Origin: Candidatus Bathyarchaeota archaeon
Lineage (GTDB): Archaea > Thermoproteota > Bathyarchaeia > Bathyarchaeales > Bathycorpusculaceae
NCBI GenBank assembly: GCA_963720565.1
Contig: CAVRFW010000009.1
Location: 352,001-416,000 of the forward strand
Reading direction: 5' to 3'
Length of the DNA: 64,000 bases
Made by a program: the position numbers and the translations under genes. The notes below the pieces were generated by a model. That model was not told the DNA's origin, ran no database searches, and saw nothing but the letters and a program-made list of their open reading frames with translations. This document shows, piece after piece, positions 20,316 to 30,484 of the stretch. Position 1 is the first letter of the stretch; the number at the start of each line of letters is the position of its first letter.

Positions 20316-21602
20316 TTGTCAGGGGAAACAGAAACGGATACTCAAACGAAGCTGCGCCGGTCGCTTGGATTGTTTGATGCCTTTTCCATCGGCATAAATG
20401 CAATAGTCGGCGCGGGCATATTCGTCGTTATAGGAATAGCAGCTGGAGCTGCTGGACCAGCCCTCATAGTATCAGTAGCAATCGGGTTCTTCATTTCGGC
20501 TCTCACCGCCACGAGCTTCATCCAACTCAGCAAGAAGATTCCCAGAGAAGGCGGCGCGTACGCTTTCACACATGAACTGATGCCAGCTCCCATAGGGTTT
20601 ATTTCAGGCTGGTTATGGGTATTCTCAAACACGATAGCCGGCGCTGCAGTCGCGATAAGTTTCGCACAGTACCTTTCATTTCTAATCCCAGCGTTTGACC
20701 CGCGAATCTACGCGGTAATAGTGTCGATATTGTTCACCATCGTAAATTACTACAGCGCGAAAGCATCAGCCCTCATGGGTAACGCTATCAACGTTCTCAA
20801 GCTTGGAATACTCTTCTTCTTCGTGGTTCTCGGAATTTTCTTTTTCCGAATGGACAATTTCTTACCGTTTGCTCCCAACGGAGCCATCGGCGTGCTTGGC
20901 GGTACGTCGCTCATTTTTTTTGCGTTCACCGGGTTTGCCAGAATCACCACGGTTTCCGAGGAGGTAGTGGACCCTGAAAAAACAGTTCCTCGTGCAACCT
21001 TCTTGTCCTTGGTGGTTTCAGCAATTATCTATCTGCTCGTGGTGTTTGTCGCGATTGGTCTTGTCGGGGCACCCGCTATTGGGAGCTCTGGATCTCCGTT
21101 AGCAGACGCTATTGCGGTGACTGGATTACCCGTTGCAGTCTTCATCATAACGATTGGGGCGCTCGTCGCCACCTCGGGCGTATTGTTGACTTCAGTTCTA
21201 GGTGTCTCAAGAGTGATGTATGCAATGGCAAAGAACGGAGATTTACCCTCATTTCTTGGAAAAATCCACCCGAAAAGAGGCGTCCCCTACTACGCCATCA
21301 TAGTCTCGGGAGTCTTAATGACACTGTTGGCAGCTTCGAATGACCTTGCGCTCGTCGTGAATGTTAGCAACGTGAGCTCTCTGCTCTACTATGCTTTGTC
21401 AAATGCAAGCGCCACAAAACTAAAAATTAGCCACAGAATGACCGTCATATCGATTATGGGTGTCGTTTCGTGTTTAGTTCTGCTGTTTTTCCTGACACTT
21501 CAATCGCTAATCTTGACTTCTGTAATTGTAGCCTTAGGCATTGGGTACTACATGACAAGACGTGTCTGTTCACGTGAAGGCAACATTAAGCAACATTACT
21601 AA
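20316..21602 (+). CDS. APC-family amino acid permease
   Basis: LRRSLGL...GINAIVGAGIF, EGGAY, FFAFTGF...SEEV.DP, SRVMYAMAK.G.LP. Confidence 0.9.
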   Translation: MSGETETDTQTKLRRSLGLFDAFSIGINAIVGAGIFVVIGIAAGAAGPALIVSVAIGFFISALTATSFIQLSKKIPREGGAYAFTHELMPAPIGFISGWLWVFSNTIAGAAVAISFAQYLSFLIPAFDPRIYAVIVSILFTIVNYYSAKASALMGNAINVLKLGILFFFVVLGIFFFRMDNFLPFAPNGAIGVLGGTSLIFFAFTGFARITTVSEEVVDPEKTVPRATFLSLVVSAIIYLLVVFVAIGLVGAPAIGSSGSPLADAIAVTGLPVAVFIITIGALVATSGVLLTSVLGVSRVMYAMAKNGDLPSFLGKIHPKRGVPYYAIIVSGVLMTLLAASNDLALVVNVSNVSSLLYYALSNASATKLKISHRMTVISIMGVVSCLVLLFFLTLQSLILTSVIVALGIGYYMTRRVCSREGNIKQHY

Positions 21603-21806
21603 TGTTTCGAGCGCGCGGTAAAGGTAGTCTTGATGGTTTTCTCAAATTCCAAGGGTGCAATTCATACATTGTGATAATTAGTATTGGGTTCGGGTACGTT
21701 CCAAATTTGAAACGCTCGTTTCAAAGTGTTCCTCAACTGGAGGATTAACCATTACTACGCGCGCTTCAACGGTTTAATATACTCATTCAACAGGTAATTA
21801 TCTATA

Positions 21807-24359
21807 TTGATGGTAATGGGAAAGCACCAGCGGCTGCTGATTGTTTCCATTGCGTTCGTTTTGCTCCAATTTACCTGCATTTCGACAGCTTCAACTGTCA
21901 ACACAAGTTCAGTCACCGATGAATGGCCCATGTTCCGTCATGACCCAAGCCACAGTGCCTACACGACCGATGCCCGATTAGCAGATTCTATTAGGGTCTT
22001 GTGGACTTTCAAAACCTGGAAAGGAGTGATGTCTTCCCCAGCAGTGACTCATGGCTACCTCCTAGTCGGCTCCAGAGACTGGCGTGTCTACTGTCTCAAC
22101 ATCTCCAACGGAGAACAAATATGGAACTACTCTACTGGGAATGAAGTGAATTCGTCCCCAGCCATCTACGACGGCTCCGTCTACGTTGGCTCAGACGACG
22201 GCTACATTTACCGCATAGATATTCCCACAGGAACGCTTCTTTGGAAGTCCCCGGTCGGAGGGTCAGTGAAGTCTTCTCCTGCAATTGCCAGCGGTTGCGT
22301 CTACATAGGTTCCGGAGACCACGACGTGTTCTGCCTCAACACTTCAGACGGAACCACAATATGGAGATACCCAACTTCAAACCGCGTGCATTCCTCGCCT
22401 GCCATCTCAGACGGAGTAGTCTACGTTGCCACCGACGACTTTCATGTTTACGCGATTAATGCGTCCACAGGTAACGAAATGTGGCGCTCTCACACGGGAA
22501 GCGTTATCTCCTCGCCATGTGTGCACGATGGATCAGTGTTCATAGGATCAACCGACGGTTACGTTTGCGCTCTCAACGCTTCCACAGGCACTAAGATTTG
22601 GCAGTTTCAAACGGAAGGTTCAGTGTCCTCTTCTCCTGCTGCCGCTTACGGATGCGTTTACATAGGCTCTGATGACAACAACGTGTATTGCCTAAATGCC
22701 TCGGATGGCAAGAAAGTATGGATGAGTCAGACTGGATACTGGGTCCGGTCGTCCCCTGCCGTGGCGGATGCCAAAGTGTACGTGGGCTCTAAAGACTTCA
22801 GCATCTACTGTTTTGACGCTTTTACAGGAGTAAAGGACTGGAGTTATGAGGCTGGAAGCTCTGTTGATTCTTCTCCAGCAATAGCAAATGGCAGCCTTTA
22901 CGTTGGTAGCGGTGACTTTAGCGTCTACGCTTTCGCCTTGGGCGATTCTACAGCTGAATCACCGTTTTCTCAATCTGCCAACTCTTTACCGTTGGCAACG
23001 ATTGCTTTTGACGTAATTGCATTCACTGTAGCAGCTGCAACAGTTTTAGCAGTTATGCGCTACGTGCGCTCCACTAAACCAGGAAGAAGAGACGGTGAAG
23101 GTTTGAATAAATCTTGCAGAGAATCCCTATGGCTCGCGGAACACACTGACGCTCTCTTTGTTTTGGCAATTCTGGCTTTTTCATCGATATTCTTCGTTAA
23201 TCTGGGAAGTGGGCCGCTCTGGGTTGCGGACGAGCAGACATACTCTGAATGGGCATTTCACATGTTCAAGACTGGAGATTACCTGACTCCTTGGGCTTTT
23301 GGGCAACTGGAGATAGGGCTTGGCAAGCCACCGCTCTTCATGTGGTTGATGTCTCTTGCCTACCAGGTTTTCGGCGCAGACAACTTCGCTTCAAGGTTTT
23401 GGAGCCCTGTATTCGGCGCCTTGTCCCTGATTCTCGTATTCTATGTAGGCAAAAAACTCTATAATTCGTATGTCGGTTTCCTCTCGGCGGTGGTTTTGGG
23501 CACATTTGCGACCTTCTATGTGTTTGCTAGGCACGCCATGACCGATGTCACTTTCGTCTTCTTCGTTTTGGCAGGCGTCTACTTTTTGCTTCTAAGCGAA
23601 GAAACGGAGGGCTCTAGGCGGTATGTAGTTTTAAGCGGCTTGTTTTTTGGGTTGGCGTTTATGACAAAGCAGCTTCAGGCGTTATTGATTCCGCTGATCA
23701 TCATTTCCTATTTCTTTGCGACACGGAAAGGTATCAGGTTTTTCTTCTCTGGACGCTTTGCTCTTTTCTGGCGAGTTGGTCTTCTGGTTGTTTCTCCTTG
23801 GCTAATTTACATGACACTTCGTTTCGGACCGGACTTCTGGCAGTCTCATTTTCTGTTTTCAGGCGTTACCCGGACCATCAGCCCTATCGAAGGACACGTT
23901 GAAGGCTACCTTTACTATATCAGTTACTTGGTTGACTATGAAAATCTGTTCTGGGTCCTAATGTTGCCTCTTGCGGCAGGGCTCTGTGCATTCAACGCGT
24001 TTGTAAGGCGGTCGAAGGGAGACACGTTGATTCTTGCGTGGATGACAATCGTGCTTGCGGTGTTCACTTTTGCTCAGACAAAACTCTTCTGGTACATCCT
24101 GCCCGCTTTTCCAGCTTTCGCTATTGCTCTAAGCAGTTTACTATTTCAAATGGTGAAGAGAATTCCGCTTCTAATTCGTTATCTTTGTCGGAGTATAGAT
24201 CGAATAGTTGGAATGTTCAAGATTACTGCATTAATTAGAGAAAGGCTTTTGAAACTTCCAATAGTCAAGAATATCCGTTTGCGATTTTCGGGGGAATCCA
24301 AATCAGGCCAACATACAAGTCTTATTAGTGTGCTTCCTCCGACTGAGAATATGGGGTGA
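21807..24359 (+). CDS. Signal peptide plus PQQ-like beta-propeller repeats fused to an ArnT/PMT-like (GT-C) glycosyltransferase
   Basis: WPMFRHD and about eight SSPA...VYVGS.D..VYCLN...G..IW repeats; then W..DE..Y...A..M..TGDYLTP...KPPLF.WL, A.RF, RHAMTD, GLAFMTK, TKL.WYILPAFP. Confidence 0.85.
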   Translation: MMVMGKHQRLLIVSIAFVLLQFTCISTASTVNTSSVTDEWPMFRHDPSHSAYTTDARLADSIRVLWTFKTWKGVMSSPAVTHGYLLVGSRDWRVYCLNISNGEQIWNYSTGNEVNSSPAIYDGSVYVGSDDGYIYRIDIPTGTLLWKSPVGGSVKSSPAIASGCVYIGSGDHDVFCLNTSDGTTIWRYPTSNRVHSSPAISDGVVYVATDDFHVYAINASTGNEMWRSHTGSVISSPCVHDGSVFIGSTDGYVCALNASTGTKIWQFQTEGSVSSSPAAAYGCVYIGSDDNNVYCLNASDGKKVWMSQTGYWVRSSPAVADAKVYVGSKDFSIYCFDAFTGVKDWSYEAGSSVDSSPAIANGSLYVGSGDFSVYAFALGDSTAESPFSQSANSLPLATIAFDVIAFTVAAATVLAVMRYVRSTKPGRRDGEGLNKSCRESLWLAEHTDALFVLAILAFSSIFFVNLGSGPLWVADEQTYSEWAFHMFKTGDYLTPWAFGQLEIGLGKPPLFMWLMSLAYQVFGADNFASRFWSPVFGALSLILVFYVGKKLYNSYVGFLSAVVLGTFATFYVFARHAMTDVTFVFFVLAGVYFLLLSEETEGSRRYVVLSGLFFGLAFMTKQLQALLIPLIIISYFFATRKGIRFFFSGRFALFWRVGLLVVSPWLIYMTLRFGPDFWQSHFLFSGVTRTISPIEGHVEGYLYYISYLVDYENLFWVLMLPLAAGLCAFNAFVRRSKGDTLILAWMTIVLAVFTFAQTKLFWYILPAFPAFAIALSSLLFQMVKRIPLLIRYLCRSIDRIVGMFKITALIRERLLKLPIVKNIRLRFSGESKSGQHTSLISVLPPTENMG

Positions 24360-24368
24360 GGTGAGCAG

Positions 24369-25436
24369 ATGTCAGACCAGAAGAGCGAAGGCGTCCTTAT
24401 TCCTATCGATCTCATCCGCGCCGTAGCTATGGTCATGGTAATACTGCTCCACGCAGCAGGCGAGCCGCACGTGGTCATTGACATTATGGCACCAGAAGAG
24501 ATGACGCGATGGTGGGTCTCGAACTTCTACGAGTCCTTGGCTTCACCCTGCATAGCGCTGTTTGTGATGTTGGCTGGCGTTTTGCTGCTTCGACCCAGCA
24601 GACTCGATGAACCGCTCGGAGTTTTTTTCAAGAAACGGTGGCAGCGAATAGGTTTGCCCTGTATTTTTTGGGGTATAATCTATTTTGCTTGGCGCTTCTT
24701 AGTCAATGGGGAAGCAGTTACTGCGGGTTCTATCCTGCAAGGTATCTTGGGGGGACCTTACGTGCATTTCTGGTTTGTTTATCTTTTAACTGGGCTATTC
24801 CTGGTCACGCCTGTTTTGCGAGTGTTTGTGGCGCATTCTAACTGGAAAACTTTGAAGTATTTGATGCTGCTTTGGCTTGTGGGTACAATAATCACGTATA
24901 TTCTTACTTTGTTTGAGCCATTAGTTTTGAATGCTAATGTTTTCTTTCTCACGGGGTGGTTAGGTTACTTCGTCATGGGAACGGGTTTGTTGAGGGTGAG
25001 GCTGCGTCGGTTGGTTCTGTGTATTATGTTGGTCTTGGGTTATTTGTGGACGATTCTCGGCACTTACCTTTTGGTTGGCACTATGGGTGAACGTTTTTCC
25101 CGTTATTTCTACGATTCTTTCAGTTTCAACGTGATAATCGTGTCTGTCGCGTTGTTTCTGCTCCTATCGTCTTTGTCGTCCCAGAACGTCAAGAATCGTT
25201 TTCCCCGCGGCAACCGCTTGATATGTCTGATTAGCCAGAACACTCTGCCGATATACTTGCTTCACATGTTGGTGTTGGAGACGTTGCACAATGGGTACTT
25301 GGGATTCAAGGTAAGCATCACAACTATGAACCCACTGCTTGAAATCCCTTTAGTCACAGTAATCACGCTATTCATATGCTTAGGGCTGATCATCCCGCTG
25401 AAGAAGATACCTTACCTGGACAGAATCATCGGTTGA
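24369..25436 (+). CDS. Acyltransferase-3 family membrane O-acyltransferase
   Basis: IDLIRAVA...VILLH, LFVMLAG..LL, HFWFVY, IYLLH. Confidence 0.85.
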   Translation: MSDQKSEGVLIPIDLIRAVAMVMVILLHAAGEPHVVIDIMAPEEMTRWWVSNFYESLASPCIALFVMLAGVLLLRPSRLDEPLGVFFKKRWQRIGLPCIFWGIIYFAWRFLVNGEAVTAGSILQGILGGPYVHFWFVYLLTGLFLVTPVLRVFVAHSNWKTLKYLMLLWLVGTIITYILTLFEPLVLNANVFFLTGWLGYFVMGTGLLRVRLRRLVLCIMLVLGYLWTILGTYLLVGTMGERFSRYFYDSFSFNVIIVSVALFLLLSSLSSQNVKNRFPRGNRLICLISQNTLPIYLLHMLVLETLHNGYLGFKVSITTMNPLLEIPLVTVITLFICLGLIIPLKKIPYLDRIIG

Positions 25437-25667
25437 AGGCGTCGCTCTTGATCTTTCCATAATAGGTAGACTTTTGTCTGCGCGCGCGCGACTAAAATCA
25501 AAACGAACTCCTTGATAGAGAAAATCCGGCCAACCAAAGCCGTATGACAAAAGCAGTTCAATGATTCTCAGGAATGATGTTTTTCTGTTGTCAACGATTG
25601 TTGACCTATTGGTCAAGGTTGATAGAATTATATCGAGCTACCTACCCTATTTATTGTGTGAATTGGT

Positions 25668-26117
25668 ATGAGTTCGGACGAAATGTTCGAAGCAGTCTCT
25701 CATCCACTCAGAATCGATATTGTGCAGAGGTTAGCAGAGAAGCCTTTAGGTTTTGCTGATCTCAAAAGAGAACTGAAGATTAGCAGTAGCGGCTTGCTGG
25801 ATTTCCATTTGAAGAAGCTGGACGAGTTAATAACCATAAACAAGGAAGGGCGATACTCCCTAACTGAAAAAGGGTTTGCGGCATTAACAACTATCGAGGG
25901 TGCAGCTGGATACTACAGGTTGCGTTCAGCCCAAAAGAGATCCTTCTTCCTTGGTTTAGCTGTTGTTGTACTGGTTAACATTGGTACGCTTTGGGTTGTG
26001 TTTGAGACTGAAAACTACGTGTTGTGGTACGCGGTGGTGTTGCCCATTACGTTGGCTTGGATTGTATTCTACAGTTACTGGACTCTTGTCAAAAGAAGAA
26101 TACGTCTCAAAACATAG
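25668..26117 (+). CDS. ArsR-type winged HTH with two C-terminal TM helices
   Basis: FEAVSHPLRIDI...L...GFADLKREL..SSGLL.FHLKKL...Y.LTEKG. Confidence 0.8.
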   Translation: MSSDEMFEAVSHPLRIDIVQRLAEKPLGFADLKRELKISSSGLLDFHLKKLDELITINKEGRYSLTEKGFAALTTIEGAAGYYRLRSAQKRSFFLGLAVVVLVNIGTLWVVFETENYVLWYAVVLPITLAWIVFYSYWTLVKRRIRLKT

Positions 26118-26137
26118 CCGAAAGAAGGGAAAAAATA

Positions 26138-26329
26138 ATGAGGGAAGTTAAGAAGTGCCCAAAGTGCAATGGAGAAGTCGTTCAAGGTGAGTTTCTGAAA
26201 AACCTTCCGAAAGTTGTTGTTTTTCCAAAAGAGGGTAGACGGAGCTTTGATAGGGTCATTCCGACCTACTGCAAAACGTGTGGATTCTTAGAAATCTACA
26301 AGGAATTGAAGGAAGAGATTGAAATTTAA
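26138..26329 (+). CDS. Small zinc-ribbon protein
   Basis: MREVKKCPKCNGE...YCKTCGFLEIY. Confidence 0.75.
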   Translation: MREVKKCPKCNGEVVQGEFLKNLPKVVVFPKEGRRSFDRVIPTYCKTCGFLEIYKELKEEIEI

Positions 26330-26426
26330 TGCACAAAAGGTACCCACCGTCAGAAGCAGCACTAAATTCTTATCCCCAAACCCAAACCCGTCAAAACTTA
26401 AATGCTCACCACAACGATAAACAGCA

Positions 26427-27389
26427 ATGGAAGCCCCACAGATGGAATTCGCAATAGAAACCAGCAGCTTAACCAAGAAATACGGTTCACTCGCCGCAGT
26501 GAACAAACTCAACCTGAAAGTTACACGAGGGTCAATCCATGGTTTTCTAGGTCCTAACGGCGCGGGGAAAACCACCACCATAAAAATCTTAGTGGGCTTG
26601 CTCAAACCGGACGAAGGCGCTGTGTCCGTTCTCGGGAAGGAAGTCCACGGAGACCAAGCAGACACGCGGCTAAGCATTGGGTACATGCCTGAACTGCCCA
26701 AGTTTCCGAAGCATTTGAAGGGTGCTGAACTCTTGGACATTTATGGTCGAATGTACGGCATGACTGAGCAGCAACGCACGGAGCAGATACCCAAGTTGAT
26801 CGAGACGGTGGGACTTAAGGGCAGAGAGAATGACCTAATCGGCAAGTACAGCAAAGGCATGCAGCAACGCATCGGAATAGCGCAGGCGTTGCTGAACAAC
26901 CCTGAACTCGTCATTTTGGACGAACCGAGCCTCGGCTTGGACCCTATGGGCATGGTGGAAGTCCGCGAACTCGTGAAAACAATCTCCAAAGAGGGTATGA
27001 CAGTTTTCGTTTCTTCACACTTGCTGTATGAGGTGGAACAAATCTGCACCCATGTAACCATAATTGACCGTGGCACAATGCTTGTCTCCGATACGCTTCA
27101 GAACGTCTCAGGCATGCTTACGGGACCAGCGTTGATTCACGCCGAAGTCGCTAGGATGTCAGACGCGGTTTTCCAAGCGTTGAAGAACTTGCCTTTCGTG
27201 ACAAACGTGTGGCAAACGGGCAACGCATTGAGCATCCAGGTGGCAACTCATGAGGACGTGCGGATTCAAGTGTCTGAGACGATAACGAAGACTGGAGGAG
27301 TCATCGTGGGAATGAGCGTGAAAGGGTCAAACCTTGAAGACGTGTTCATGCAATTAGTCAGCAAGGACCAAGGAGGCAAAGCACAGTGA
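26427..27389 (+). CDS. ABC transporter ATP-binding subunit
   Basis: GPNGAGKT, YSKGMQQR, ILDEP, SSH. Confidence 0.92.
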   Translation: MEAPQMEFAIETSSLTKKYGSLAAVNKLNLKVTRGSIHGFLGPNGAGKTTTIKILVGLLKPDEGAVSVLGKEVHGDQADTRLSIGYMPELPKFPKHLKGAELLDIYGRMYGMTEQQRTEQIPKLIETVGLKGRENDLIGKYSKGMQQRIGIAQALLNNPELVILDEPSLGLDPMGMVEVRELVKTISKEGMTVFVSSHLLYEVEQICTHVTIIDRGTMLVSDTLQNVSGMLTGPALIHAEVARMSDAVFQALKNLPFVTNVWQTGNALSIQVATHEDVRIQVSETITKTGGVIVGMSVKGSNLEDVFMQLVSKDQGGKAQ

Positions 27390-28345
27390 CCTCAGATACG
27401 CAGAATATTCCAAAGGTGCGTCCCAGCTGGTTCAGCCGTTTCTGGGCAGTTGTAAGATACGAAATGCTCTGGAACATTCGAAAGAAGAAGTTCATAGGCA
27501 TCGTTATCCTCGGATTCGTGCTCGCCTCCCTATCCTTGTTCTTGCCGCCAATCCTCAGCAGCGTGACCGGGCAAGCGTTAACCTCAAACCCTGACTATGT
27601 GATCACATACAGCATTCCTGCTTTCAGCCTCTTTCTTTTCGCCCTTGCAACAGCCATGAACAGCATATCAAGCGAGTTTGAAAGCGGTACAATAGTGCCT
27701 TTGCTGACGAAGCCAATTTCGAGAACCATGGTTTTCCTGGGCAAACTATTTGCAGCCTTCATCATAATTCTGATAACCTACACGGTGTTTTTTGTGTACG
27801 TTGTCATCGGAGGCACTGTTGTCTACGGCACTCAGAACAGTCTTCAACTGGTACCGCTTGGACTACTGGGAAACATCATAACAACTTTCATCTGGATAGC
27901 AATAATCCTGTCTGTGGGATCACTGTCGAAGAACACGCTAATCTCTGCCCTCGCAGCCTTCGGCTTGTTCTTGGCTTTACTCATAGCCGTACCCATTGTT
28001 TCAACTTTTGCCGGTCCTTCAGTTGCCCTGAACTGTGTTCCTGGAAACGGCGCAAGCGGAGCATTTAGCACCCCACAGGGGACGGTAACAATTGGCGGTG
28101 GACCGGACAACCTCGGCGCGAACCTGATCAACTACGTTCTTTATCCTTCAGCGAACGTGAATTTCACCAAGACAAACATAGAACTGCGAGGTGCGGGGCA
28201 GCAGCCTGTGATAACCCAGATTCTGGCTTACAGGGAACCCATTTCAGTGGTGGCTTTGAGAAGTCTTGGCGTTGCGTTGACGTACATTTTCGTGTTCCTG
28301 TTCATCGGGTGGTATGCCCTCAAACGAGCACAAATACTGGAGTAG
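27386..28345 (+). CDS. ABC-2-type permease
   Basis: ISSEFESGTI..LLTKPISR..VFLGK; multiple TMs. Confidence 0.85.
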   Translation: MTSDTQNIPKVRPSWFSRFWAVVRYEMLWNIRKKKFIGIVILGFVLASLSLFLPPILSSVTGQALTSNPDYVITYSIPAFSLFLFALATAMNSISSEFESGTIVPLLTKPISRTMVFLGKLFAAFIIILITYTVFFVYVVIGGTVVYGTQNSLQLVPLGLLGNIITTFIWIAIILSVGSLSKNTLISALAAFGLFLALLIAVPIVSTFAGPSVALNCVPGNGASGAFSTPQGTVTIGGGPDNLGANLINYVLYPSANVNFTKTNIELRGAGQQPVITQILAYREPISVVALRSLGVALTYIFVFLFIGWYALKRAQILE

Positions 28346-28380
28346 ACTTGGCGAAAAAAGCTAGATTTTGGCAGATTTGC

Positions 28381-28446
28381 TTAGTCAAGGAATCTTGACT
28401 GGATAAGGGGCGTGTTTAGTCAAGAAACCTTTACAAAAACCCCTTT
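28381..28446. repeat. Paired 22-bp dyad sites T1/T2, 35 bp apart
   Basis: TTAGTCAAG-GAAT-CTTGACTGG, 13 bp, TTAGTCAAG-AAAC-CTTTACAAA; 28414-28446 identical to 32656-32688. Confidence 0.9.
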
Positions 28447-28591
28447 ATCACGCATTACAATCTGATATTATCGCGAAAAGGCATGAACAAAACTGCAGTA
28501 ATTCTGTGCGCAGACTTACCCTTAACAGCAGTTCTTCCGTCTTTGAGTGATCCTCAATCCACTAAAGGAGAGCTTTAGAGTGAGTGAAAAA

Positions 28592-30388
28592 ATGAGCAGG
28601 AGAAGAAGCGGATTACTATTGGCGTTTGCGTTGTGTGTCAGCTTTCTAGGCGCACTATCGCTTCAAGCTGCAGCTCAAACACCAGTTTACTCTGAGACTA
28701 GAATAACAAGCATCGCAATACCCTGGTATCCCGCTATTAGTGGCAACATCATAGTATGGGAAGACTACAGGAACGGCAATGGGGACATCTACGCATACGA
28801 CTTGTCAAACAAAACCGAGACTCGAATAACAACAGATATCCATGACCAGCTTCGTCCAGTAGTTAGTGGCAACAACTTAGTATGGCACGATAATAGGAAT
28901 GGCAACTGGGACATTTACGCTTACGATTTGTCCACTGGAACAGAAACACAGATAACAACAGATACCTGGGACCAGTTTTATTGTGCTGTTAGTGGCAGCA
29001 TCATAGTATGGGAAGACAATAGGAATGGCAATTGGGAAATCTACGCATATGACTTATCCACTAAGACGGAGACTCGAATAACAACAAACCCCGATAGCCA
29101 GTTCATTGCTGATGTCAGTGGCAACGTCATAGTGTGGTACGACTATAGAACTGGGGATGGCAATAATGCTGACATCTACGCTTATGACTTATCCACTAAA
29201 ACTGAAATCGAGGTGAGCACAAACCCTGCACAACAGTGGCATCCTGCCGTTAGCGGCAACGTCATATTATGGGAAGACTATAGGAATGGCAATGCTGACA
29301 TCTACGCCTATGACTTGTCTACTAAAACTGAAAGGCAAATAACAACAAACGCAATGGACCAGTTGTACCCTGAGATCAGCGGCAACACCATAGTATGGGA
29401 AGACCACAGGAACGGCAATGAGGACGTTTACGCGTATGACTTGGCAACCAGAACGGAATTTCCAATAACAACAAACACCGCAGATCAAGAAGTCCCACGT
29501 GTTAGCGGGGACATCATAGTATGGCAAGACTGGAGAAATGGCGGTCTGGATATTTACGTGCGCTCGTCAGCTCCAACTCCCGATCCAACTCCAACTCCCA
29601 CTCTCAGTCCAACCCCTGTGCCGACCCCCACACCGACTTCCAACGCTAGCTTGCCAACACCTGAACTAACAGTCACCTGCAAGAGCGCGACCTCATATTC
29701 TGCATTCAAAGTCGACATAGACGGAAAGTTAACTCATAATGGAAACGGAATCAGTGGAGCAGGCATAGTCCTATCCTACAGCATCACTGGCGGGGCCTCG
29801 TGGAACGAACTATCCTACGCGAACACAGCATCGGATGGGAGTTTCTCGGTCACGTGGATGCCTTCAGCCACTGGAAACTACTTGGTTAAGGCAACCTATG
29901 GAGGAACCGATGTTTATTCTTGGACAAGCGTTATCGTAAACCTGGCAGTGACTCAACAATATGCCCACGAAGACGTTTTTTCAGTCACGTCAAACTCGAC
30001 GGTTTCAAGTTTGGCTTTTAATTCGGAAGATAGGGAACTGAGTTTCATCGTTACTGGGCTTTCAGGCACATCAGGGTTCGCGGACGTTTGCATCGCCAAG
30101 ACTCTGGTTCAGGATCCCTCAGAAATCAGGGTTCAAATAGACGGAGCTTCCTTAGACTGTACCACAATCTCCGGGGAGGACGCCTGGCTGCTGCATCTCA
30201 CTTATGCTCATAGTACCCACAGTGTTATTGTCAGTCTGGGCGCTACTGATGCTGGCAGGAATCTTTTCGGAGACTGGGTAATTTATTTGGTAGTTGCTGT
30301 CATCGTTTCTGTAGTGGTTGCTGCAATGATTGTGGAGCATGCGCGAAGAGGAGACCGCGGGGGAGAACTAATGAATTTTTCTTCCTAG
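28592..30388 (+). CDS. Cell-surface protein: beta-propeller repeats (Methanosarcina surface-protein type), Pro/Thr linker, Ig-like domain, C-terminal TM
   Basis: About seven repeats of P.ISGN.IVW.D.RNGN.DIYAYDLST.TE..IT; PTPTP linker. Confidence 0.85.
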   Translation: MSRRRSGLLLAFALCVSFLGALSLQAAAQTPVYSETRITSIAIPWYPAISGNIIVWEDYRNGNGDIYAYDLSNKTETRITTDIHDQLRPVVSGNNLVWHDNRNGNWDIYAYDLSTGTETQITTDTWDQFYCAVSGSIIVWEDNRNGNWEIYAYDLSTKTETRITTNPDSQFIADVSGNVIVWYDYRTGDGNNADIYAYDLSTKTEIEVSTNPAQQWHPAVSGNVILWEDYRNGNADIYAYDLSTKTERQITTNAMDQLYPEISGNTIVWEDHRNGNEDVYAYDLATRTEFPITTNTADQEVPRVSGDIIVWQDWRNGGLDIYVRSSAPTPDPTPTPTLSPTPVPTPTPTSNASLPTPELTVTCKSATSYSAFKVDIDGKLTHNGNGISGAGIVLSYSITGGASWNELSYANTASDGSFSVTWMPSATGNYLVKATYGGTDVYSWTSVIVNLAVTQQYAHEDVFSVTSNSTVSSLAFNSEDRELSFIVTGLSGTSGFADVCIAKTLVQDPSEIRVQIDGASLDCTTISGEDAWLLHLTYAHSTHSVIVSLGATDAGRNLFGDWVIYLVVAVIVSVVVAAMIVEHARRGDRGGELMNFSS

Positions 30389-30484
30389 CAGAGTTGTTCT
30401 AGGAGTGTCTGCTGGTCAAAAAGAGAGGACTCTTCAATCTCAGATTCTGGAAAAGAATATTAGCCCACGGGTCGGGAAGTTATT

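Noticed and set aside
28700..29560. ~126-bp DNA repeats as a diversity-generating retroelement TR/VR pair
   Set aside because: Explained by protein propeller repeats; no reverse transcriptase in the window and no evident adenine-specific variation.
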